IMG/VR virus record: IMGVR_UViG_3300005521_000001
Source of the DNA: an uncultured virus (IMG/VR IMGVR_UViG_3300005521_000001)
Taxonomy: Duplodnaviria > Heunggongvirae > Uroviricota > Caudoviricetes
DNA length: 64,000 bases
Reading direction: 5' to 3' (one strand)
A model generated the notes under the pieces. That model did no database searches and was not told the DNA's origin. It saw only the letters and a program-made list of their open reading frames with translations. Position 1 is the stretch's first letter; every line of letters begins with the position of its first letter. A program made the translations under genes and the position numbers. Shown piece after piece: positions 49,366 to 58,682 of this stretch.

Positions 49366-49379
49366 ATTATCATTTCCTT

Positions 49380-49640
49380 TTACATAACTACGGGTAATCC
49401 GAGAACTGCGACGACTATTCCAATACCAACGCCGATAACTTTCTTTACGATGACTCTTAGACTTCCTTCCACTTCGGCTTTGAAGTCCATTACTATTGCT
49501 ATGTCCTTCTTCATCTCCGCCTGTTCGACCTTCATCTCCGTTAAGTCCTCCGCTATGTGTGCCAAGTGATTGTCTCGGATTTGAACTACATCGGTGTGAA
49601 CCTGTTTCATCATTTCTAACAACACACCGTCTGATGGCAT
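49380..49640 (-). CDS. coiled-coil protein with a C-terminal TM helix
   Basis: Class II promoter at 49662, 22 nt from ATG 49640; VIGVGIGIVVAVLGLPVVM tail. Confidence 0.6.
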   Translation of the reverse strand: MPSDGVLLEMMKQVHTDVVQIRDNHLAHIAEDLTEMKVEQAEMKKDIAIVMDFKAEVEGSLRVIVKKVIGVGIGIVVAVLGLPVVM

Positions 49641-49783
49641 GATAAATTGAAGTAAATACATGGTTTAAAACGGATAGGATATTTCGGGTTATAGACATTA
49701 TAGTAGGGGTCAGAACCATGACCCACAAAACGATAATAAAAATAGCAGGTATTAACCTTCCAAATACATATCCCGCTTCAAGA

Positions 49784-51310
49784 CTAAGCACCAAAAGTCC
49801 TCATTTCCATAACTCCGCCACCATCGTAAACTTGTCTTGCCAGTCTTGCATACAGTAAAGCGTGGAATGCGTGGTCATCACTGTCTCGACCATACTTCGT
49901 TAGAGTTTGTCCTCTAACTGGTTTGGTATTTTTCTCATCCTTTTCAGCCGTCGAAGTCAATGAACACCATTGATGAATCACCCAGTCAAGCGACTCATCT
50001 TCATAGGGTAGTGATATTTCACCACGCTTAATTTGTTCTAATGTTTCTTCAACATAAGTGGTTCTATCAACTACGCACATATAGATTAGATTCCTGTTGT
50101 TATCCCTGCGCTTGTATTCGTATGGTGTCATTGGCCTTGATGAATAATAACAAGACCTAACCCTTTCTCCAAATTCCTCTTGAAGTTCCTTGACCTGCCT
50201 TGCACCATAACCAATATCAGCAACAACTTGAACACAGTTATAATCTGTAATGAGTTTCTTTAATTGAAGAACTTCATCACCCTCGCCTGATTCTCTTGCA
50301 TCCAGTTCAAGTGCATTTATTATATCCCCCTTATCGGTCATAATAACCACTGTTGTTGTAGCCCCCCAGTCAATCCCCATGTAAGTCTCCTGTGGTGGAG
50401 AAACCGCTCTAATTATTCCTCGTTTTCTATCAAGACATGGTAGCACTTCATCAAATGTTAGAGGTTTAGAAGTTCCAGCCCAAAATTCACCCATTACCTC
50501 ATTTGCATATCGTCTTGGTGTGTATGTTTCTTTCTTTTGTAATATGTCGGCTTTGCTAATATCGGGGTGCATAGGTTGTGATATATGATAACCGATAATG
50601 TTAGCCTTACTCTCTGTGTGAACCCATCTTTGGGCTTCTTCATCCCATTCGCCTTGTGTTGATTTCTCCCACATTTTCCAAAATTCCGAGCCTTGTTCAC
50701 GGGCAGTTCCAGACACAACTACCCATTTGTATTCCGATTGAGCCAACATCTCAACTAACATAGGCAACACATCGGAGTCGGAGTCTTGGTATTCATCAAT
50801 ACAACATAAATCGGCTTCAATACCTAACAGAGCATGAGCATCACCCCAGTTAGAATAAGCGTATAAGTGATTCAAAGATAATGCCCCAACATCAAATGTT
50901 TGGTGGCTGACGCTTGACTTCAATCTTGATTTCAATAAACAACCCCCGTTAATACTGCTCATCATAGCACCGTTGAACCTCTCTTCAACAAACCTTGTCA
51001 CTTGAGGTTGTCTTGGTGCAGTATAGACCGCATTAAAATAAGGTATATTCAACAAAGCGTAAAGTAATAGGTTGCATATCGTTTCAGTTTTCTCAACCTT
51101 CCTACTGCATTTTAGCATTATCATTTTGGTAGTGTCAGATTTTTCCATAGCCCCGAAGTGCCTATAAATCTCAATAAGATATGGCCGCTCATCAAGCATG
51201 AACGGTTTGCCGTCAATGGTGCGGAAGTATTGCGACCATCTATCGGGGTAAAGTGCAACGGCTTTCGCCTGTTCCGCATTGAGCCGACTGGCGTTAGCAG
51301 GTTCGCCCAT
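49784..51310 (-). CDS. terL: terminase large subunit
   Basis: Variant Walker A SRKVEKT, Walker B CIDE, motif III VSGTA, nuclease GIDWG and DDHAFHALLY. Start 51310 is set by the class II promoter. Confidence 0.9.
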   Translation of the reverse strand: MGEPANASRLNAEQAKAVALYPDRWSQYFRTIDGKPFMLDERPYLIEIYRHFGAMEKSDTTKMIMLKCSRKVEKTETICNLLLYALLNIPYFNAVYTAPRQPQVTRFVEERFNGAMMSSINGGCLLKSRLKSSVSHQTFDVGALSLNHLYAYSNWGDAHALLGIEADLCCIDEYQDSDSDVLPMLVEMLAQSEYKWVVVSGTAREQGSEFWKMWEKSTQGEWDEEAQRWVHTESKANIIGYHISQPMHPDISKADILQKKETYTPRRYANEVMGEFWAGTSKPLTFDEVLPCLDRKRGIIRAVSPPQETYMGIDWGATTTVVIMTDKGDIINALELDARESGEGDEVLQLKKLITDYNCVQVVADIGYGARQVKELQEEFGERVRSCYYSSRPMTPYEYKRRDNNRNLIYMCVVDRTTYVEETLEQIKRGEISLPYEDESLDWVIHQWCSLTSTAEKDEKNTKPVRGQTLTKYGRDSDDHAFHALLYARLARQVYDGGGVMEMRTFGA

Positions 51311-51360
51311 AACCCCGCTTGGGGCGTTAGGGTTTAGAACCGTTGTGGTGGTTTTAATTT

Positions 51361-51582
51361 CTAACCTTGATAAGTGAAAGGGCAACCGTAGCATTTGTAA
51401 AGACCTGTCACGCCTTCGTATTTATTAAACATGATTTTGCCGTCGCATCCGACGCATTCACACTTAGATGGTTCACCTGTGATGTTGCACGAAAAGAAAG
51501 TGCATTCATCGTCGTCACAATTGCATAGGTGCAATTTAAATCCATTATATTCTGTTTCATCGTAGGTTTCCGGTTCGGGCAT
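51361..51582 (-). CDS. Cys-rich small protein
   Basis: 9 Cys in 73 aa; class I motif at 51601. Confidence 0.7.
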   Translation of the reverse strand: MPEPETYDETEYNGFKLHLCNCDDDECTFFSCNITGEPSKCECVGCDGKIMFNKYEGVTGLYKCYGCPFTYQG

Positions 51583-51620
51583 GTTTAATCGTAGGAGTCG
51601 CCCCTATATAAGCGTTGTGT

Positions 51621-51899
51621 CTATTCTTCCACTATTTCAACCAAATCGTCAGGTGGTAGGCTCGCCAAGCCCCAAAAAATACCACATGGTTTGCCACATA
51701 TAATTGCTATATTTGGGTATTTATCTCCAGAGCCTAACCAAAGAGCGTCTATTGGACCATCTCGTTTACAGTTAGGGCATTCTTTTACAGTGCCTACTCC
51801 ACTAACTTTAGTTTCGTAGCCTTTTCCAAAATCATTATTTGGAACAAGAACGGTTGATGGTATCTGTTTGTTAGTCAGCCATCTCGTCATCAATTCCAC
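51621..51899 (-). CDS. zinc-ribbon protein
   Basis: CPNC..CGKPC. Confidence 0.65.
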   Translation of the reverse strand: MELMTRWLTNKQIPSTVLVPNNDFGKGYETKVSGVGTVKECPNCKRDGPIDALWLGSGDKYPNIAIICGKPCGIFWGLASLPPDDLVEIVEE

Positions 51900-52170
51900 C
51901 TGCTAAAATGTATTCACAACGGACTCTCCTATTACCATGATGGTTCACTCCGTTTTTAGAAACTTCGATGGTGTTAATAACACCCTCCCGTGCCATTTGC
52001 TTTAGAATGAAACTCATCTGTTTGGGTGTGCGGTGGGATTTCTGAGTATTATTGCAGTATTCAGCCAATACACCACTACCCATCGGTCTTTTTTCAGTAG
52101 CCAGTTTTGCTTTAATCGCTTGTCTTATGCTTTTTGGTATCTTCATATTATCACTCCTATTTACGCCCAC
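51871..52170 (-). CDS. putative winged-helix DNA-binding protein
   Basis: RPMGSGVLAE..TPKQMSFILKQMAREGVI pattern. Confidence 0.5.
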   Translation of the reverse strand: MGVNRSDNMKIPKSIRQAIKAKLATEKRPMGSGVLAEYCNNTQKSHRTPKQMSFILKQMAREGVINTIEVSKNGVNHHGNRRVRCEYILAGGIDDEMAD

Positions 52171-52197
52171 ATGTTGTCAGTATATAGTTCTTTCTGC

Positions 52198-53229
52198 CTA
52201 TTCAACAATTATGCCCTTTTTCTTACAATCAGGACACTTTAACTTGAGAGTAGGTGGCGGCATATCTTCCTTAGAGAGCGAGACTATAACCCTTTGCCCG
52301 CATTCAATACAACGGAACTGGTTTATGTAAAAATCACTATCCGCCTTTATTTTGAGTTTTATAGGCAACCTTTTATCGAGATGAATTGCAGGTATAGGTT
52401 TAGAAACCTTTATAGACTCCCCGCCCACCTGCGTATCGCTTGGGGCATGTTTTGCATCATCATGGGCGGTTCTTGCATGAGTAAAAAATCTATTAGTAAA
52501 TGCGTTATCATCCCATGTTGTTGTTGCTCCAGATGTTATTGATATGTCTATTGCGCTCATTACGAAGCATCCTTTGTTCAATATATCTTTGACCTTTTCA
52601 CACATGATATTCATGCTATCACAATATACATCAACACTGAAACCTACATTTTTAAATCCATCTTTTCCACCCTTAGAACCTGCAAACGCCATAGTAGCCA
52701 TTTTAGAAACATATCTATGTGCGTTTTTCATAGACTTATGATACCTTGTATATCCCTCTAAACGGTCCATACACTCTGCAACCCATATACCATAAGTCAT
52801 TTTGTTATTGACGGCATGAGGATAAGCAACTGACACAGATGATGACTTCATTAACAAACCTTTATTTGTTGAAGTTTCTCTTAAGACAAAGTTTAGAGTT
52901 TTTTCGTCATCATCTCTGTATCTTGGGTCATATATAATCACATATTCCTTTCTTCCTATGTTATCAATACAATCCCCATCGAGTCCTTCATTGGTGTAAA
53001 TATATCCAAGTGGTATGCATCTATCATCAAAGAAGGTTAATTCATCATCATTTACTGTCAAATTCCATTTCTTGGTAATGAATGATTCATCAGTAATACA
53101 TTGCATTATATGGTTGCCTATATCATCGGCTGAAAGGTTATTTTCATGGGTCGCCCATGATACAATGTTAGGCTTAACATCAGCCAAAGTCAAAAGTTCT
53201 TCAACACCATCAAAGTCAAATTCACTCAT
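52198..53229 (-). CDS. hypothetical protein with a C-terminal zinc ribbon
   Basis: 343 aa; CIEC..CPDC. Confidence 0.75.
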   Translation of the reverse strand: MSEFDFDGVEELLTLADVKPNIVSWATHENNLSADDIGNHIMQCITDESFITKKWNLTVNDDELTFFDDRCIPLGYIYTNEGLDGDCIDNIGRKEYVIIYDPRYRDDDEKTLNFVLRETSTNKGLLMKSSSVSVAYPHAVNNKMTYGIWVAECMDRLEGYTRYHKSMKNAHRYVSKMATMAFAGSKGGKDGFKNVGFSVDVYCDSMNIMCEKVKDILNKGCFVMSAIDISITSGATTTWDDNAFTNRFFTHARTAHDDAKHAPSDTQVGGESIKVSKPIPAIHLDKRLPIKLKIKADSDFYINQFRCIECGQRVIVSLSKEDMPPPTLKLKCPDCKKKGIIVE

Positions 53230-53432
53230 GCTTCAACCTCCTTCATGGCTTGATTCCAAGTGTCAGATTCAACGCCCCCATAGAGTATTTCTAAGCCACC
53301 CTTAACGCCAGTTTCACCCATTAGGTTGTGAACCTCTGTCGCTATCAACAGAGCCAATTCCTGTATGTTAGGAATGTCTATTGGTAGTCCTTCGTCAGTT
53401 TGCATTCTTATTGCTATTGTATCGTATTTCAT
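53226..53432 (-). CDS. small hypothetical protein
   Basis: Translationally coupled ORF. Confidence 0.65.
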   Translation of the reverse strand: MKYDTIAIRMQTDEGLPIDIPNIQELALLIATEVHNLMGETGVKGGLEILYGGVESDTWNQAMKEVEA

Positions 53433-53436
53433 TTTA

Positions 53437-55752
53437 TCACCTATTATTTCTCAATGCCTTTTTCAAACAAGCCTTGAGTGGGATTAGTATTTGTTCAGCC
53501 AAGTTAGCCGTATTTGTGACGGAAGCATGACCGTGATTTCCATAGTATTTTGAAGTGTCCATACCTGCAATACCAACAGAGAAAATAATAACATCTTCAT
53601 CTTCCGCTTCTTTCAATACACTAACTAAGTGAGAGCGTGAAGAATGACTTGGTGGTGCTGGACCGGCAGGTGAACCGTCACTAATTACAAAGACAATTCT
53701 CTTAGCATTTTCACTACCAAATCTCGCCGTTCTATCAATAGCCCATCTTAGAGCGAACCCATCAGCATTTTCTCGGCCAACATGGGATGAAGCAATTTTG
53801 CTCTTAGTCTTGTTATTCAAAGTTTCATTAGCACCTTTTCTAATTGTAATTCTGGTTTCACCGTTAGGAGCGTCGCCCCTATAACTTCGCCCATATTGTG
53901 AGTAAAAATCAACCACTTCATATTTAGCCCCTATTTCCTCAAGAACTGAACTAATAGAAACCGCCGCTTCACCCGCACAGTCAGCACGGTTTTTGTAAGC
54001 ACCACTTCTTATTCCACTAACAGAGCAACCCATAGACCCGCTTGCATCAATTAGGACAACAACATTAGCATTAAATTCAGGTGATAATTTGTCAGTTTTG
54101 AAAACTTTATCACTTGTTGAATGCGCCCAAAGTCGGCGTGTATCAAGGCGACCTCTTTTCTTGTGTGAGTTAAATTTGGTATCAGCACCCTTGACTAAGT
54201 TCTTCATGACTTTACCAATTCTTTTAATTCCGCCTTTGTTGGTTCTTTCAATTACAGAATATGCGCTTCCATCCGAGCATGTAGTCTCTTTTTCATTAGT
54301 TTGGGTTTGAATAGAAACTTCATGACCAAAGAAACGACCTCCGCCCATTTCGCTATTTTCATCTTTAAATAACTCTCCGTGTTCTTCAATTTGTTCACAC
54401 TCAAAGTCTATCATTTCGCCTAATTCATCAACAAGTGCTTGCATTTCACTAAACATTTCAACCGTTTTAGTTCCTTCGCCAGTTCTTGCTAAAGCATTAC
54501 CTACACTGTGACCGGAGTTCTCATTTACTTTCGCACTCTCTGTAATGACTTCGCCCTCATAGTTTGAAGCAGTTTGGCTTTCACCTTGACCTTCTTCGCC
54601 CTCTCCTTCGCTTCCATAGACTTCATCACCTTGACCGTCAGGAGCGGAAGAGTCGCCAGTTTGAGAACCGGACTCGCCGTTATCGCCGTTATCGCCGTTA
54701 TCGCCCTCTCCTTCGCTTCCTTCGCTTCCTTCGCCTTCATCGTCACCTTGACTACCGGACTCTCCGCCTTCGCCGTCAGCACCCTCTAAAGCATCATTAA
54801 GAGCATTTACATCTTCATCATCGGAGTCGGACATATCTCGACCCTCTGTTGGGCGTTCCATTTTCTTGAACCTCTTGGTTCTAACTTTCTCTGCCTCTTT
54901 CTTCATTCTCTTTTGGTTGTTAGCGGCTTCTGTAATTTTGTCCATTGACATATCATCAGCAAACAAAGCCTTTCCTTCGGCTGAATCGGAAGCCCCATAC
55001 TCGCTACCATCGGTTTCATCGGCGGGGAAATGAGTTCTGTATATTTCCAACATAACTCTTGCTTTCTTAATTACTGTGGAAGTGTCCTGTGAAGCAATTG
55101 CATCAGCAAACAAAGGTCGAATTTCATCCATCATAGCAATTACTTTTTCATTATTGACAAAGTGTGGAGTAGCCAAGATAACCTCTGTGGCAATAGCAAT
55201 AACACCAAGTTTAGGTGCTTCATTGTCACCAATGGTTCTTCCTTTCAGGGTTGCTTTATGTGAAGCCATAAGTCTGTTTTGAGTGTAGTCTAAACGCTTC
55301 TTAGAACCTGCAAAATCTTGGCCTAATAGGTAATTGACTCTTGCATCTTCAACAATGTTCACCATGTCATGAAGTAGTTTATCTTCGTCGCCTCTTTTAA
55401 TTCCGTCAGCAACCCTCTTCCATGCGTTAAAGTTAGTGTATCTCAAGTGACCTGCCGCTTCGTGGGCTAAGATTGCTTCGCTGATAATCAAATTCTCCGC
55501 TTGGCTTGTCACATCAGGTAAAATAGGATAAGATAGCCAAACAGTGCTACCATCGGTTGCACATGGGTTGCCGTCGTTAATATCAAGTTTCTTAATACAA
55601 CGGCCTTTGCCGTTTAGTTCACCGGATAGAACCTTAGCAATACGGCTTAGGTGTATTGTGACTCTTCGACGGCTTGATTCATTAAATGTATTCATATCCG
55701 CTTTTTGTTCACTGGCGAACATTGGGTTTACGGGGGTTTCTGTTTCGGTCAT
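53437..55752 (-). CDS. CobT-like vWA domain protein
   Basis: HEAAGH..NIVEDARV N-terminal domain, acidic G/E/S/D linker, GRLD.RRL, MIDAS DASGSM and ISDGSP. Confidence 0.88.
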   Translation of the reverse strand: MTETETPVNPMFASEQKADMNTFNESSRRRVTIHLSRIAKVLSGELNGKGRCIKKLDINDGNPCATDGSTVWLSYPILPDVTSQAENLIISEAILAHEAAGHLRYTNFNAWKRVADGIKRGDEDKLLHDMVNIVEDARVNYLLGQDFAGSKKRLDYTQNRLMASHKATLKGRTIGDNEAPKLGVIAIATEVILATPHFVNNEKVIAMMDEIRPLFADAIASQDTSTVIKKARVMLEIYRTHFPADETDGSEYGASDSAEGKALFADDMSMDKITEAANNQKRMKKEAEKVRTKRFKKMERPTEGRDMSDSDDEDVNALNDALEGADGEGGESGSQGDDEGEGSEGSEGEGDNGDNGDNGESGSQTGDSSAPDGQGDEVYGSEGEGEEGQGESQTASNYEGEVITESAKVNENSGHSVGNALARTGEGTKTVEMFSEMQALVDELGEMIDFECEQIEEHGELFKDENSEMGGGRFFGHEVSIQTQTNEKETTCSDGSAYSVIERTNKGGIKRIGKVMKNLVKGADTKFNSHKKRGRLDTRRLWAHSTSDKVFKTDKLSPEFNANVVVLIDASGSMGCSVSGIRSGAYKNRADCAGEAAVSISSVLEEIGAKYEVVDFYSQYGRSYRGDAPNGETRITIRKGANETLNNKTKSKIASSHVGRENADGFALRWAIDRTARFGSENAKRIVFVISDGSPAGPAPPSHSSRSHLVSVLKEAEDEDVIIFSVGIAGMDTSKYYGNHGHASVTNTANLAEQILIPLKACLKKALRNNR

Positions 55753-55801
55753 GTTTAGTCCTATACACCACACCTATATAAGGACTTCGGCCTATTGAAA
55801 A

Positions 55802-56620
55802 TTATAGCCTTTTATTTGAGCCTTTTATTTGACGCTTGGTGTATCGTGGTTTGAAGGTTGTTTCAGTTCTAAATTGCTCTAATAGGGTTCTTGATATTTT
55901 AGACAAGTCATCAATTTCCCATGCCATAGAATACAATCTAAGTGCCTCTAAACATTTTGTTGGATTTGCTTTATTGTGTATTGCCATTTGTATAATAGAA
56001 AGAGGATGGCATGAAGAATAATCATATCCCTGTTTCAAAATAACTTCTGGTTGCTTTGTATCTGGAACTGTTTGTCTAATCCTATTGGGTTCAATACCAT
56101 ACTTCAAACAAAGGGTTGCCAATCTCCACGACTCCGCCTTGTCGCTAATTTTTTCAATTAGCGAATCGGCTTTGTTGAGTCCAAGATGGCGGTTCAATTC
56201 CGTAAGACCTGCAAATAAAAATCTCTTGGCGGGTTTAGGTATCTCAACAATCATGCATTTGGCTCTTAGCCTGTAAGGTATTGCTTCAAGGTATTGACAT
56301 TCTAAAACAAACGGTGGAGGGTTGTCTATTGTGTTAATTTTATTGTATAAAGATGGCTTTAGATAATCAGCACCCTCTATCAAAGCAAGCCTGTAATTCC
56401 CATCAAAAGTCGGATGGCGTGCATTCTCAATACATACCAGTGGGTCATCATGTTCCACGACCTCTATCTTATATTTGTCAGCCAAGAATCTGATAATTGT
56501 TGTTTTGCCAACACCTGTATTGCCATAAATGATTAACGGTTTAGATGGTGTATTCATCCATGCCTCTATCGGTGTCAATACTGATTTGATTATGTGCTTA
56601 GTCGGATTCATAAATATCAT
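55802..56620 (-). CDS. rfcL: replication factor C large subunit-like ATPase (short)
   Basis: KPLIIYGNTGVGKTT..LA..IEVVE and LRAKC; a second clamp-loader-type ATPase. Confidence 0.6.
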   Translation of the reverse strand: MIFMNPTKHIIKSVLTPIEAWMNTPSKPLIIYGNTGVGKTTIIRFLADKYKIEVVEHDDPLVCIENARHPTFDGNYRLALIEGADYLKPSLYNKINTIDNPPPFVLECQYLEAIPYRLRAKCMIVEIPKPAKRFLFAGLTELNRHLGLNKADSLIEKISDKAESWRLATLCLKYGIEPNRIRQTVPDTKQPEVILKQGYDYSSCHPLSIIQMAIHNKANPTKCLEALRLYSMAWEIDDLSKISRTLLEQFRTETTFKPRYTKRQIKGSNKRL

Positions 56621-56744
56621 TTAGTTTCCTTTGAAAATAATTTTTGTATTTTTGATTAGGGTCAAATAATTGCCTTAAGTTCGCTACTAATTCCTCTAAT
56701 GCTTCTATTCTTGCTTCTAAATCTTCCACTCTTATATTGCTCAT
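56598..56744 (-). CDS. 48-aa coiled-coil microprotein
   Basis: Translated by hand as MSNIRVEDLEARIEALEELVANLRQ..; ATG is 19 nt from the class I motif at 56763. Confidence 0.7.
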   Translation of the reverse strand: MSNIRVEDLEARIEALEELVANLRQLFDPNQKYKNYFQRKLNDIYESD

Positions 56745-56785
56745 ATCACTTGAGTTAATATCCACCTATATTAAAGGGGAATAGT

Positions 56786-56854
56786 GAGAGGGGGAGCGTC
56801 AGGAATCACCCGTTGTCCTCCCCCTCTCGTTTTAACCCAAATTCGACAACGGGT
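56786..56854 (-). other. H-type RNA pseudoknot in the 3' UTR of the AAA+ ATPase gene
   Basis: Perfect 10-bp stem 56845-56854/56808-56817 interleaved with a perfect 11-bp stem 56818-56828/56786-56796. Confidence 0.7.
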
Positions 56855-56861
56855 TTTGAGT

Positions 56862-58082
56862 TCAATAATCAGCCAATCTTGCTCTGCAAGCCGCTTCAAT
56901 ATGTGGTCTTTCATCGGCATTGTATTTGCCAAGCATAGAGTATTCAATAGCCTCATTCAAGGACAAGTGCTTCATCAATCCAAACATTTGAACAAGAGTT
57001 CTTGTTGAAGTATCAGTTTCAAGAAGTCCTTCTTTCTTCAATTGTCTTAAGTCATTAGCAACCAATACCATGCCTCTAATAGTTTCTTCATCTGTGAAGC
57101 CACTTTGACCCATTACAACCTCAATTTCTTTTGCTTCCTTAAGGTAGTCAAATGTCAGGTTCATTGTGAAACGGTCTTTTGTTGCTTGGTTCATAGCATT
57201 GACACCTGCATAATCTTCCGGTGGGTTCATGGTAGCAATAATTTGAAAACCATTCTTAGCCTTGACTACACGGTTGTTATCTTCACCAATAACCAAAGTG
57301 CCTCTGTCCATTGCCGCATGAGTAGCAATCAAACATGCCTCTCTTGCCGCATTTAGTTCATCAGCCAATAGGCCGAGTCCATAGTCCATAGCAAGTGTCA
57401 GGACTCCATCTTGGAATACTACATTACCATCAACAATAGTTCTTGAGCCAATAAATGTGTCCTCTGTGACACCATCGGACATATTAATTTGAAGAAGTGG
57501 AGTGTTAATGTTGCCGTAAAAATCTTGAGCCAACATAGATTTGCCACACCCTTTAGGTCCTTCAAAAATCATGTGAGAGTCTTGTGTATTACCATTCAAA
57601 CTTTGTTGGTAGCACATAGCCATTAGTCTAAATTCCTGTCTGTCGGACTCAACAAAGCCTCTTGCAGTAGGTATCATAGTTTGTAAGTGTGCTGAAAATT
57701 CATCAGGGTGTCGGCGTGGTATGCCATAGAATACTCCGCCTTGAGGCGTAGCCTTTGGTGGTGAAGTCTTTTGTTCTTCAATTACACCTGTTTTTGATTG
57801 TTGCATCATCATTATTGGTGTTGGTTCAGCACGGCGACCTTCAAGGGTTGCTTTTATTGCTTCAATTTCCCATACTTGCTTATCTTTGCCAATGGAAACT
57901 CTAACTATACCGGCTTTGTGCATTCTGTTTGCAGAGAACGCATTACTCTTTAGTGAGGTTATGCTACTATCTCTTCCTTCCGCTATGCACGCTTCTTGTA
58001 TAGCCTTGAGGTAATCCTCTTCGCTAATCATTCCACCTTCTTTTCTTACTACATCTTTCATTATTTCAATTGTTGTTTTCAT
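56862..58082 (-). CDS. MoxR/CbbQ/CobS-like AAA+ ATPase
   Basis: GPKGCGKS, LADELNAA, ATMNP..YAG, DRF and STRTL. Confidence 0.92.
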   Translation of the reverse strand: MKTTIEIMKDVVRKEGGMISEEDYLKAIQEACIAEGRDSSITSLKSNAFSANRMHKAGIVRVSIGKDKQVWEIEAIKATLEGRRAEPTPIMMMQQSKTGVIEEQKTSPPKATPQGGVFYGIPRRHPDEFSAHLQTMIPTARGFVESDRQEFRLMAMCYQQSLNGNTQDSHMIFEGPKGCGKSMLAQDFYGNINTPLLQINMSDGVTEDTFIGSRTIVDGNVVFQDGVLTLAMDYGLGLLADELNAAREACLIATHAAMDRGTLVIGEDNNRVVKAKNGFQIIATMNPPEDYAGVNAMNQATKDRFTMNLTFDYLKEAKEIEVVMGQSGFTDEETIRGMVLVANDLRQLKKEGLLETDTSTRTLVQMFGLMKHLSLNEAIEYSMLGKYNADERPHIEAACRARLADY

Positions 58083-58238
58083 CTTAATTCCTTCCTTATT
58101 TTTCTTGGGTTATTTTGTCCTATACACCACACCTATATAACAGTTATTATAATGTTATGTTTCATGTTGTCTGTCTGTCTCCTGTTTTTGGTGCGGGTAT
58201 AGATAACCCTATACACCACTCCTATATAAGGATATTCC

Positions 58239-58682
58239 CTATATCAAATTAGGATGAAGCAAACCTTTCACTATCAAATATGTTTTCAGTAAGCGTGTTT
58301 TCCACTCTTCACGGGCAAACTTTTGTTCTTGTCTTTTCTTAGGCCGTTGAGCATTCCACATCTTCATTCTCTGGTCAGGTGCATACTTTTGACAAGTCGC
58401 CACCCAATCAACAACCAATGAAGTTATTGCATACGATAGGTCTTGTGTATGAGTTTCTATCGCTTGTATTGATTCTTCAAGAGTATTCCTAAGACATGAT
58501 ATGCCAATCTGTTCAACAATTTCTTCGCATGAGTCTTTTAGTATTCTCTTTTCAGCCTTCAAAACATCAGCCCATCTTGAAGAAGGCATTAATTTACTAC
58601 ACTCTTTTATCATTTCATGAGTAAAATGGCATTCATCTCTAAGTGTTCTGTATATCCGTCGCTCTCTGTTTAATCCTGTCAT
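58239..58682 (-). CDS. hypothetical protein
   Basis: 147 aa, ATGA-coupled to polB. Confidence 0.7.
   Translation of the reverse strand: MTGLNRERRIYRTLRDECHFTHEMIKECSKLMPSSRWADVLKAEKRILKDSCEEIVEQIGISCLRNTLEESIQAIETHTQDLSYAITSLVVDWVATCQKYAPDQRMKMWNAQRPKKRQEQKFAREEWKTRLLKTYLIVKGLLHPNLI

Noticed and set aside
48991..49794. 267-aa ORF as a single gene
   Set aside because: It fully overlaps gene 49380..49640, which has its own promoter. Only the part from ATG 49365 is accepted, and 49670-49780 remains unexplained.
54590..54790. Short tandem repeats (TCGCCGTTA x3, CCTTCGCTT)
   Set aside because: They encode the low-complexity GDN/EGS linker typical of CobT-like proteins and are not a separate element.
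56832..56864. Pseudoknot-stimulated stop-codon readthrough
   Set aside because: An in-frame UAA follows 10 codons later, so no meaningful fusion protein results.
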